Assembly: GCA_022826645.1 (NCBI GenBank)
Contig: JAJDUM010000027.1
Coordinates: 12,033 to 76,032 of the forward strand
DNA from: Candidatus Poribacteria bacterium
Lineage (GTDB): Bacteria > Poribacteria > WGA-4E > PCPOR2b
Direction of reading: 5' to 3'
DNA length: 64,000 nucleotides
Of this stretch, positions 49,681 through 57,859 are shown piece by piece. Each line of letters begins with the position of its first letter. The first letter of the stretch is position 1. Below the pieces are notes generated by a model. The model was not told the origin of the DNA. It worked only from the letters and a program-made list of their open reading frames with translations, and did no database searches. A program made the position numbers and the translations under genes.

Positions 49681-52600
49681 ATGACCAACGAAGAAATCAG
49701 AAAGAAGGAAGAAATCGAATCCGCCTTGGCTGCGATGATTGATGGCGATTTTTTGGAAACCGCAAATAACCTACTTGAGGTGTTAGATTACCACGCGCCA
49801 CTTACTGAGGAACTTCTGGAAACGGTGGATAACTTTATTCAGGAATACCCGGCTGAAAATGAAAACACCAAGACGGAACAAGAATTCCGTGAGAATGCCA
49901 AATCAATAGAATTAGTATCTCAAGTTGGGAGCGATGGAATTGCTGACAGGCAGCCAGACCGCTTGGAGTCAAAAACCTTCGACGGGGGACTTATACAGAG
50001 TTTTGTTTTCTGTGCTGTCGAATTAAAAGATAACGACTACTCCCGGAGCAAATACGCCCAATTCACACGAGAGATCAACAAACGGCTCCCCCTTGCGACT
50101 GTGGTGTTTTTTCGGGTTCAAGACCGTTTAACCATAGGTTTTGTCGGTCGCCGCCAACACAAGCGTGACCCAAATCTCGACGTACTGGAACAGGTCAGCC
50201 TAATCAAGGACATTCGACTAAATAAGCCACACCCGGCGCATAGAGAGATTCTGTATGAACTTTCGTTGGACGAATGCGCGAAGTGGATGGACGCCAAGGA
50301 CCAACCGGAAAACTTCGATGGCTTGCTCGCGGCGTGGCTTGCCCGACTGGACACCTCCGAACTCAACAAACGCTTCTTCAACGAACTCGCCAACTGGTAT
50401 TTCTGGGCTGTCGATCAGGTGACGTTCCCAGACGACGCGGGGGAAGACGTCGAAGTCCGCAACGCCACCAGCGTCATCCGCCTGCTCACACGACTAATTT
50501 TTGTGTGGTTCGTCAGGGAAAAGGGACTGGTGCCGGACGCGCTCTTTAACCCAAACGATCTCGATGACATCCTCAATAATCTCGATCCGGGGGAAAGCAC
50601 CTACTACAAAGCAATCCTTCAAAACCTGTTCTTTGCCACGCTCAATCAGGAGATGAACACCGAGCAGTATCCCAATAACCGCAAATTTCGCGGTGAGGGA
50701 CGGCAGCACTACAACATCACATCGTTCTATCGTTACAAAGACTGTTTCATTGACCCGGACGATGCCTTACGACAGTTTGAGGCAATCCCTTTTCTGAATG
50801 GCGGGCTATTTGAGTGCTTGGATGGGCAATCTAAAGATGATCCTACAGAGATTCTACGGATTGACGGCTTTTCCGACAGGAACGACATTCCGCTGCATGT
50901 CCCTAATGAACTGTTCTTTTCGGAGGAACGGAGCGTTGACCTCAATGCCGCTTACGGCACAAGAGGGAAACGACATAAAGTACGCGGCCTGATTCACATT
51001 CTCAGCAGCTACAAATTCACGATTGCCGAGAACACCCCGATTGAGGAGGAGGTCGCTCTGGACCCCGAACTGCTCGGCAAGGTGTTTGAAAACCTCCTCG
51101 CCGCCTACAACCCCGAAACCAAAGTAACCGCCCGCAAACAGACCGGCTCCTACTACACCCCCCGCGAGATTGTCAACTACATGACCGACGAGTCGTTGAT
51201 TGCCTATCTAAAAAATGAGCTCATCCGCCCCGTTGAGTCCGATGCACAAAAAGCGGAGATCGAGAAGAAACTTCGCGGGCTGCTCGCCTATAACGATGCC
51301 CCAAACCCATTCGATGAGGCGGAAACCGAGGTGCTAATCAAAGCCATTGACGCCCTCAAGATCCTTGATCCCGCCTGCGGTTCGGGCGCGTTTCCGATGG
51401 GGGTGCTGCATAAACTGGTATTCATTCTCGGAAAATTGGATCCGCGCAATGAGCAGTGGAAGCAACGGCAAATCGCCAGAGTCGAAAGTACCATTGAGAG
51501 GGCGGAGGACATTGACGATAGCACATTTCGGGAAAATACTATCCGCGAACTTGAGGGGGAAATTGAGAACATCAACGAGGCATTTGAACGGAACGAACTG
51601 GACTACGGGCGGAAACTCTACCTGATTGAAAACTGCATCTACGGCGTGGACATTCAGCCCATCGCCACCCAGATTGCCAAGCTCCGCTTCTTTATCTCCC
51701 TCATCGTAGATCAGCAGATTGACGGATCACGGGAGAATCACGGGGTACGCCCGCTGCCGAACCTGGAAACGAAGTTTGTCGCGGCGAATACGCTCATCGG
51801 CGTGGATAAACCGTTGCAAACACAAATCCGCAGCCCGCAGGTTGACCGCAAGGAGAAGGAACTGGAGGATGTGCGCCGCAGACACTTCACCGCTCGCACC
51901 CCAAGCACCAAAGCCAAATACCGTGCCCTCGATGCCCAAATCCGCACCGAAATTGGTGAATTGCTCAGAGACCTCGGCTTTCCCGATGAGACGACTGAGA
52001 AAATCGCTAATTGGGACCCCTACAATCAGAACGCAAGTGCGGATTGGTTCGATTCGGAATGGATGTTTGGGGTCAGGGATGGGTATGATATTACGATTGG
52101 CAATCCGCCGTATATTCAATTGCAAAGCGATGGTGGACAATTAGGGCGTTTGTATGTACCGTGCAATTTTGATAGCTTTATCAGGACAGGGGATATTTAT
52201 TGCCTGTTCTATGAAAAAGCGAATCAACTGTCGAAAAAGAGCGGGCATGTCTGTTTTATTACTTCTAACAAATGGATGCGCGCAGCGTATGGCAAAAAGC
52301 TGAGAGATTATTTTATCTCACATACCCAACCGATTCAACTGCTAGATATGGGACCAGATGTATTTGATGCCACCGTGGACACCAACATCCTGCTACTGCA
52401 AAACGCCCTATCCGATGGCAGTACACACCTCCCCTTCACAGCTACAACTATCAAATCTGATTTCGACAAACATGCTGGCGACATAGCCAAATACCTGAAG
52501 GATAACGGTGTGACTATGGAACTGCCCTCTAAAGGCGAACCGTGGGCGATACTCTCACCGACTGAACTTGCCCTGAAACGCAAGATAGAAGAGGTTGGCA

Positions 52601-53409
52601 AACCGCTCAAAGACTGGGATATAAACATCTATCGTGGAATTGTAACAGGTTTCAATGAAGCATTTGTCATAGACGAAGCCAAGCGTGAAGAATTGATAGC
52701 GGTTGACCCAAAGTCAGCCAAAATCATCAAACCACTTCTGCGCGGACGAGACATCAAACGCTATCATGCCCAATGGGTGGGATTGTATTTGATAAGTACT
52801 TTTCCTGTGCTTGATTTGAACATTGACGATTATCCTGCGGTTAAAAGTCATCTTCTGGAGTTTGGCAGAGATCGATTGGCACAGGTTGGTAAAACACTTG
52901 CTGACGGCACTAAATCTCGTAAGAAGACAGGAAATAAATGGTTTGAGTTACAAGATCAAATCGCTTACTACCCCGAGTTTGCAAAGGAGAAAGTTATTTA
53001 TCCAGAGATAACAAAGTTTCTCCCATTTGTTTACGACCCAAATGAGTTCTACATCAATAATAAGAGTTTTATCATTACGGGTGGAAATTATTTGAAATAT
53101 CTTACAGGATATCTTAACTCTCGGATCGCAGCAAAGTGGATTCGTGAAAACTGTCCAGAATTGGGTGATGACAGAAGAGAGTTGAGAAAAGTATTCTTTG
53201 AGAATATTTTAATTCCTCCTGTTACGGAAGCGAACCAACACCTTGTCACGCAGATAGAAACGCGGGTGGACCAAATCCTCGACGCCAAAGACACGAATCC
53301 AGACGCGAATGTATCCGAACTTGAAAAAGAGATTGATCAGATAGTATACTTGTTATACGATCTCACCGATGAAGAAATTAAAATTGTGGAGGCTGCGGAA
53401 ACTGTCTGA
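49681..53409 (+). CDS. Type IIG/IIL restriction-modification enzyme (PglX/DrmMI-like N6-adenine methyltransferase with putative N-terminal PD-(D/E)xK nuclease and C-terminal TaqI_C-type TRD)
   Basis: 'DPACGSGAFPMG' (motif I) and 'ITIGNPPYIQ' (motif IV NPPY). N-terminal 'DGG..FVFCAVELK' (D...ExK). The C-terminal target-recognition domain is homologous to the next gene's C-terminus. Confidence 0.85.
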   Translation: MTNEEIRKKEEIESALAAMIDGDFLETANNLLEVLDYHAPLTEELLETVDNFIQEYPAENENTKTEQEFRENAKSIELVSQVGSDGIADRQPDRLESKTFDGGLIQSFVFCAVELKDNDYSRSKYAQFTREINKRLPLATVVFFRVQDRLTIGFVGRRQHKRDPNLDVLEQVSLIKDIRLNKPHPAHREILYELSLDECAKWMDAKDQPENFDGLLAAWLARLDTSELNKRFFNELANWYFWAVDQVTFPDDAGEDVEVRNATSVIRLLTRLIFVWFVREKGLVPDALFNPNDLDDILNNLDPGESTYYKAILQNLFFATLNQEMNTEQYPNNRKFRGEGRQHYNITSFYRYKDCFIDPDDALRQFEAIPFLNGGLFECLDGQSKDDPTEILRIDGFSDRNDIPLHVPNELFFSEERSVDLNAAYGTRGKRHKVRGLIHILSSYKFTIAENTPIEEEVALDPELLGKVFENLLAAYNPETKVTARKQTGSYYTPREIVNYMTDESLIAYLKNELIRPVESDAQKAEIEKKLRGLLAYNDAPNPFDEAETEVLIKAIDALKILDPACGSGAFPMGVLHKLVFILGKLDPRNEQWKQRQIARVESTIERAEDIDDSTFRENTIRELEGEIENINEAFERNELDYGRKLYLIENCIYGVDIQPIATQIAKLRFFISLIVDQQIDGSRENHGVRPLPNLETKFVAANTLIGVDKPLQTQIRSPQVDRKEKELEDVRRRHFTARTPSTKAKYRALDAQIRTEIGELLRDLGFPDETTEKIANWDPYNQNASADWFDSEWMFGVRDGYDITIGNPPYIQLQSDGGQLGRLYVPCNFDSFIRTGDIYCLFYEKANQLSKKSGHVCFITSNKWMRAAYGKKLRDYFISHTQPIQLLDMGPDVFDATVDTNILLLQNALSDGSTHLPFTATTIKSDFDKHAGDIAKYLKDNGVTMELPSKGEPWAILSPTELALKRKIEEVGKPLKDWDINIYRGIVTGFNEAFVIDEAKREELIAVDPKSAKIIKPLLRGRDIKRYHAQWVGLYLISTFPVLDLNIDDYPAVKSHLLEFGRDRLAQVGKTLADGTKSRKKTGNKWFELQDQIAYYPEFAKEKVIYPEITKFLPFVYDPNEFYINNKSFIITGGNYLKYLTGYLNSRIAAKWIRENCPELGDDRRELRKVFFENILIPPVTEANQHLVTQIETRVDQILDAKDTNPDANVSELEKEIDQIVYLLYDLTDEEIKIVEAAETV

Positions 53410-53465
53410 ATCACGGATTAGACGGATTTAGCGGATAGCGCGGATTTTTTAATCCGTGTCCTTCG

Positions 53466-53507
53466 TTAATCCGCGATAATCATCGATTCTGACAGTGAGA
53501 GGATTGG
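53466..53507 (+). repeat. family-D repeat 'taatccgcgataatca(t/g)cgattctgacagtgagaggattg'
   Basis: Copies at 58694-58736 and 58939-58974. The flanking 'tctgaatcacgga' is also at 42961 and 58981. Confidence 0.7.
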
Positions 53508-53589
53508 AATTGTGGAGGAAGCTATCCAACTGAAAGTGGGGTTGGGTTAAATAATATTTGACAGGTACGGAATTAAGGAGACCAAGGGA

Positions 53590-56253
53590 ATGAATAAAGT
53601 TTTTATCTCCTATGTTAGGGAAAATATAGAAATAGTTGACCGGCTCTACCAAGAACTCACAGCACACGGGATCGAAGTCTGGCTGGATCGGGAAAATATT
53701 GATCCAGGATCTCGCTGGGAGCAAGCAATTCGGAGAGCTATTCAACAAGGAGCTTTTTTCATTGCCTGTTTCTCCGAGGAATATCATAATCGTGGTCAGA
53801 CCTACATGAACCAAGAACTTACGTTCGCAATTGATGAGCTGCACCAACGCTCCCCTGATCAAATATGGTTTATTCCCGTAAAATTAAACGAATGCGAGAT
53901 TCCTGACCGTGACATTGGTGGCGGGAAAACCTTACAAGCCCTACAGTATGTCAATCTCTATGAAAACTGGGACGATAGTATCCAACGTATTCTTAAAGTC
54001 ATTCAACCCGGATTATCTGAACCTGTTATAAACGCAAATGCTGTAGAGCAATCCGAAACGCAAGTTCAGCCACAGGAGGCAAACGCCTATTTCGATCAAG
54101 GCAATGTTTACCAAAGCAAGGGTGATTATGACCATGCCATCGAAGCTTTTAACACAGCAATAGAACTCAAACCTGATTTTGCCGAAGCCTATACCAATCG
54201 CGGTCTAGCTCACCAGAACAAAGGTGATTTTGACCTTGCCTTTAAAGACCACGCCAAAGCGATAGATCTGAATCCCGATTATGCCGAAGCCTATTTCAAT
54301 CGCGGTGGTGCTCATAAGAGCAAAAACAATTATGTTCATGCCCTTGTAAACTTTAACACAGCAATAGAACTCAAACCCGATTTTGCCGGGGCCTATAACC
54401 ATCGTGGCGTAGTTTACCTTGATAGAGGTGATGATGATTGTGCCATCGCAGATTTTACCAGAGCGATAGATCTGAATCCCGATTTTATTGCCGAAGCCTA
54501 TACCAATCGCGGACTTGCTTACCATAAAAAAGGTGAAATTGACAATGCCCTCAAAGACTATACCAAAGCGATAGACCTGAATCCTAATTTTGTTGCCGAA
54601 GTCTATTACAATCGCGGGTCCGCTTACGGGAACAAAGGGGATTTTGACCGCGCTATTGGGGATTTGAACAAAGCAATAGAGCTCAAACCCGATGATGCCA
54701 AAGCCTATAGCAATCGTGGAGTTGCTTACCACGGCAAGGGCGATTTTGACCATGCTATTACAGACTATACCAAAGCAGCAAAACTCAACCCCGATTCTAC
54801 TGAAATCTATTACAATCGCGGAGTTGCTTACGGGGCAAAAGGCGATTTTGACCGCGCTATTATAGATTATACCAAAGCGATACAACTCAACCCCGATTCT
54901 CCCATAGCCTATAATAATCGCGGGGTAGCTTACCACGGCAAAGGCGATTTTGACCGCGCTATTACAAACTATACCAAAGCGATAAACCTGAATCCCGTTT
55001 TTGTCAATGCCTATTGCAATCGTGGTGAGACGTGGTTACACCTAGAAGAGTGGGATAAAGCCAGGGCAGACCTGAGTGTCGCCAGAAAGATGGGGATAGA
55101 TATCGTTGCTTTATTTCATAATGAATACAAGAACGTTGAGGCGTATGAACGGGCAAATCGTGTTAAATTGCCCGAAGATATCGCCGCGATGCTGACGCAG
55201 CGGCGGCGGAGCCGTTTCCCCAAAACCGAAAAGTTCTTGAGTGCTGACGGCACCCCCCTTGAATCGCCCGATATATTGAATCTGCTTGCAAAACTCCGCA
55301 ACGCGGGACCACCCCTGTCGCAATACCTTCAGACGCGCCCCACTTTTGGACTCAAGACCGGTGCGAGCGGAGCCTTTGTCGTGGATAGTGCGACGCGAGA
55401 TCAACTCATTGCGGATCACCCTGCATCTGCTGATATTTTGAAACCGTTTCTGCACGGACGGGACATCAGACGCTGGGGGGTGGAGAGCCCCGATTCATGG
55501 TTAATTTTTGTCCACCGTCGCATAGAGATAGACCGTTATCCTGCCATCCGAAAACACCTGGAACAATATAGATCGGTCTTGAGCAAAAGGGCGGGTAAAC
55601 AGAAATGGTACGAACTGCCAACCACCAAAAAAGGCACCGAGCGCTTTACACAAACAAAACTCATTTGCCCAAATAACTACAATCACCAAACCTTCGCTGT
55701 TGATACGGACGGGTTTTACTGTGGAGATACATGCTACCTGATTCCGACTGAGGAGACATGGTTATGCGGTCTCCTCAATTCCCGCGCTGTGGAGTGGTTC
55801 TATTCGCAGGTGTCAAAACAGTTGACGGGGGATTATCTTCGGGCGCGCAGCCGCCATATCCAAGAAATCCCTATCCCCGAGCTCACGTCAACACAGAAAT
55901 CCCTAATCGGCAAAATCGTTGATTATCTCATCTTTCTTCAGGGACAACCGACGACGAGGAGCGGGGATTTAGCACATGCCCGCGATGCTGTGATGCTCGG
56001 GTATTTTGAGCGGATCATTGACGGACTGGCTTATGAGTCCTATCTACGTGAAGAACTGCATCAAGGGGAAAAACAGTTCTTCAACCCGTTGTTGGATGAG
56101 CGGTTGCCGCAACTTGAAGAAATTCGGGGCGATAAAATGGCCGCGTTACAAGAAATCTTCGAGCGATTGTATGAAAGAATGCATCCGATCCGGCGAAACC
56201 TTTTCTTTCTGAACAGTGTAAAACCGATCCGCATCATTGAGGACAGAACGTGA
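53590..56253 (+). CDS. TIR-domain protein with ~10 TPR repeats and a C-terminal TaqI_C-like DNA target-recognition domain (candidate defense effector/sensor)
   Basis: N-terminal 'KVFISYVREN...GIEVWLD...IDPGSRW...FIACFSEEY...MNQELTFAI' is a bacterial TIR_2 pattern including a candidate catalytic Glu. Then 34-aa 'AEAYxNRGxAYxxKGDFDxAIxDYTKAIxLNPD' repeats. The C-terminal 'FGLKTGASGAFVVD...ILKPFLHGRDIRRW...YPAIRKHL...KWYEL...LLNSRAVEWF' aligns with the TRD of the upstream RM enzyme. Confidence 0.8.
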   Translation: MNKVFISYVRENIEIVDRLYQELTAHGIEVWLDRENIDPGSRWEQAIRRAIQQGAFFIACFSEEYHNRGQTYMNQELTFAIDELHQRSPDQIWFIPVKLNECEIPDRDIGGGKTLQALQYVNLYENWDDSIQRILKVIQPGLSEPVINANAVEQSETQVQPQEANAYFDQGNVYQSKGDYDHAIEAFNTAIELKPDFAEAYTNRGLAHQNKGDFDLAFKDHAKAIDLNPDYAEAYFNRGGAHKSKNNYVHALVNFNTAIELKPDFAGAYNHRGVVYLDRGDDDCAIADFTRAIDLNPDFIAEAYTNRGLAYHKKGEIDNALKDYTKAIDLNPNFVAEVYYNRGSAYGNKGDFDRAIGDLNKAIELKPDDAKAYSNRGVAYHGKGDFDHAITDYTKAAKLNPDSTEIYYNRGVAYGAKGDFDRAIIDYTKAIQLNPDSPIAYNNRGVAYHGKGDFDRAITNYTKAINLNPVFVNAYCNRGETWLHLEEWDKARADLSVARKMGIDIVALFHNEYKNVEAYERANRVKLPEDIAAMLTQRRRSRFPKTEKFLSADGTPLESPDILNLLAKLRNAGPPLSQYLQTRPTFGLKTGASGAFVVDSATRDQLIADHPASADILKPFLHGRDIRRWGVESPDSWLIFVHRRIEIDRYPAIRKHLEQYRSVLSKRAGKQKWYELPTTKKGTERFTQTKLICPNNYNHQTFAVDTDGFYCGDTCYLIPTEETWLCGLLNSRAVEWFYSQVSKQLTGDYLRARSRHIQEIPIPELTSTQKSLIGKIVDYLIFLQGQPTTRSGDLAHARDAVMLGYFERIIDGLAYESYLREELHQGEKQFFNPLLDERLPQLEEIRGDKMAALQEIFERLYERMHPIRRNLFFLNSVKPIRIIEDRT

Positions 56254-57671
56254 GAATTACTGAGATTGAAATCAAAAACTTCAAAGCCTTTTATGGCACC
56301 TACCGAATCGACCTACGCAAGACTGGAAAGAACCTATTGGTTTACGGTGAAAATGGGAGCGGAAAATCGTCCCTGTATTTTGCGTTAAAGTTGTTCTTGG
56401 AATCCGGCGATAATCCTTCACATAGATTTGAAAACGATCAGAACATCTTTATCGGAGATCCGGGCTATATCAAGCTGTGTCTCCGCGCTGACCGGCGGTC
56501 AAATCAGATGACCTACGAATGGTCGGAGAGCGTTAGAGAGACGGATGACGAACTGATTATTGAGGCATCAAGGGCAAAGGGCTTCCTCGATTATAAGGAC
56601 CTTCTGGAGACGCACTACGTCCATCGTGAAAGTAATACTGTCAATGTATTCAATTTGCTGGTTGAGACACTCTTGGCAAACACCGTCAACCCCCGGACAA
56701 ATCGAACCCTTGCGCAGGATTGGGCTGTTATTCAGCCACCGTATCCACGCCGAAACGCAACAAGTCAAATTGCGGACCTTGAAAGCTGGATAGAGATTTT
56801 CAACACTGAATTAGCAAACAGATTAGCAGAGCTGCAGCCAAAAGTATCCGAAATCCTTGGCAAGTTTGGACACAACGTTGCCCTTAATTTCGATTTTCCG
56901 GGGGTTAAATATAACCGTGAGGACAGAACGCTTGATAATCAGGGGATTTTCCTAACGGTTGAGCTCTTCGATAGAAATATTCCCGAACATCACCGCTTCC
57001 TGAACGAAGCGAGGCTATCGGCAATCGCTATCGCTATCTACTTTTCGTCAATCCTGATTCAGCCAGAAGGTGCCCTGAAGATTCTCGCCTTAGATGATGT
57101 GCTGATCGGCTTAGACATGTCAAACCGACTGCCGGTGCTTGATATGCTAGCCGAGTATTTTTCAGACTACCAAATCTTTTTGACGACGTACGATAAGGCG
57201 TGGTATGAGATTGTCAGACAACGGACATCTGATGCCGATTGGGAATACACCGAATTCTATACTTCAGAGTCCAACGAACACGAGATTCCCATTCATGTGC
57301 AAGATAAGCCGTATCTTGAAAAGGCGAAAGTGTATTTTAACGACAACGACTACAAAGCCTGCGTCATCTACCTTCGCACCGCCTTTGAAGCAGCTATCAA
57401 GAAATTCTGCGATAGGAAAAACCTCCGAGTTAGATACCGTGAAAATCCGAAAGAACTACAAAGCAACGACTTCTGGGAACCGATAAAAAAGATGGAGTTA
57501 GACGATGGTACACCCTTTTTAGGGCAGGAGCTCATTGACGAGATTGAACTGTACCGAAGTATTATCCTAAACCCACTCAGCCATGCTCGTATTGTCCCCG
57601 TCGTCAAAAAGGAAGTTTCTGAAGCAATAGAAGCGGTGGAAAAACTTGAAGATAAATTAGCAGGAAATTAA
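56250..57671 (+). CDS. ABC/SMC-type (RecF/OLD-like) AAA ATPase, translationally coupled to the TIR-TPR-TRD gene
   Basis: Walker A 'GENGSGKSS', a signature-like 'EARLSAIAIA', Walker B 'ILALDDVLIGLD' and H-loop-like 'FLTTYD'. The start overlaps the upstream stop by 4 nt. Confidence 0.8.
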   Translation: MRITEIEIKNFKAFYGTYRIDLRKTGKNLLVYGENGSGKSSLYFALKLFLESGDNPSHRFENDQNIFIGDPGYIKLCLRADRRSNQMTYEWSESVRETDDELIIEASRAKGFLDYKDLLETHYVHRESNTVNVFNLLVETLLANTVNPRTNRTLAQDWAVIQPPYPRRNATSQIADLESWIEIFNTELANRLAELQPKVSEILGKFGHNVALNFDFPGVKYNREDRTLDNQGIFLTVELFDRNIPEHHRFLNEARLSAIAIAIYFSSILIQPEGALKILALDDVLIGLDMSNRLPVLDMLAEYFSDYQIFLTTYDKAWYEIVRQRTSDADWEYTEFYTSESNEHEIPIHVQDKPYLEKAKVYFNDNDYKACVIYLRTAFEAAIKKFCDRKNLRVRYRENPKELQSNDFWEPIKKMELDDGTPFLGQELIDEIELYRSIILNPLSHARIVPVVKKEVSEAIEAVEKLEDKLAGN

Positions 57672-57685
57672 AGGAGTGCTATAGC

Positions 57686-57851
57686 GGATTCTAAAAATAA
57701 ATAGACACTTTCGCTCCCCATGTTTGGTAGGCGCTGTTTCCAACTGCGCCGATGCGGTGCGGTTAGAAACCGCACCTACCGGGGTGATAGCCCGGATTTC
57801 CCCCCCCCCCCCGGTACAGAATGTCCAATTAATTCTAAACTTTACTATAAT
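57686..57851 (+). repeat. family-A modular intergenic repeat (right boundary of defense island), includes a 12-nt poly-C tract
   Basis: 'ggattctaaaaataaatagacac', 'gcggtgcggttagaaaccgcacc' and 'ccggtacagaatgtccaattaattctaaactttactataat'. It is the inverse of 43317-43488. Confidence 0.75.
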
Positions 57852-57859
57852 TACTGCCT

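Noticed and set aside
49681-53409. Calling the large MTase a BREX PglX
   Set aside because: No BrxA/BrxB/BrxC/PglZ/BrxL homologues are in the window, and an N-terminal D...ELK nuclease-like motif is present. A Type IIG or DISARM-DrmMI-like assignment is more parsimonious.
54205-54936. 243-aa minus-strand ORF inside the TIR-TPR gene (and 57851..58318 inside the TPR-GxxExxY gene)
   Set aside because: It is the antisense frame of highly repetitive TPR-coding DNA. Its periodic composition mirrors the sense-strand repeats and carries no independent signal.
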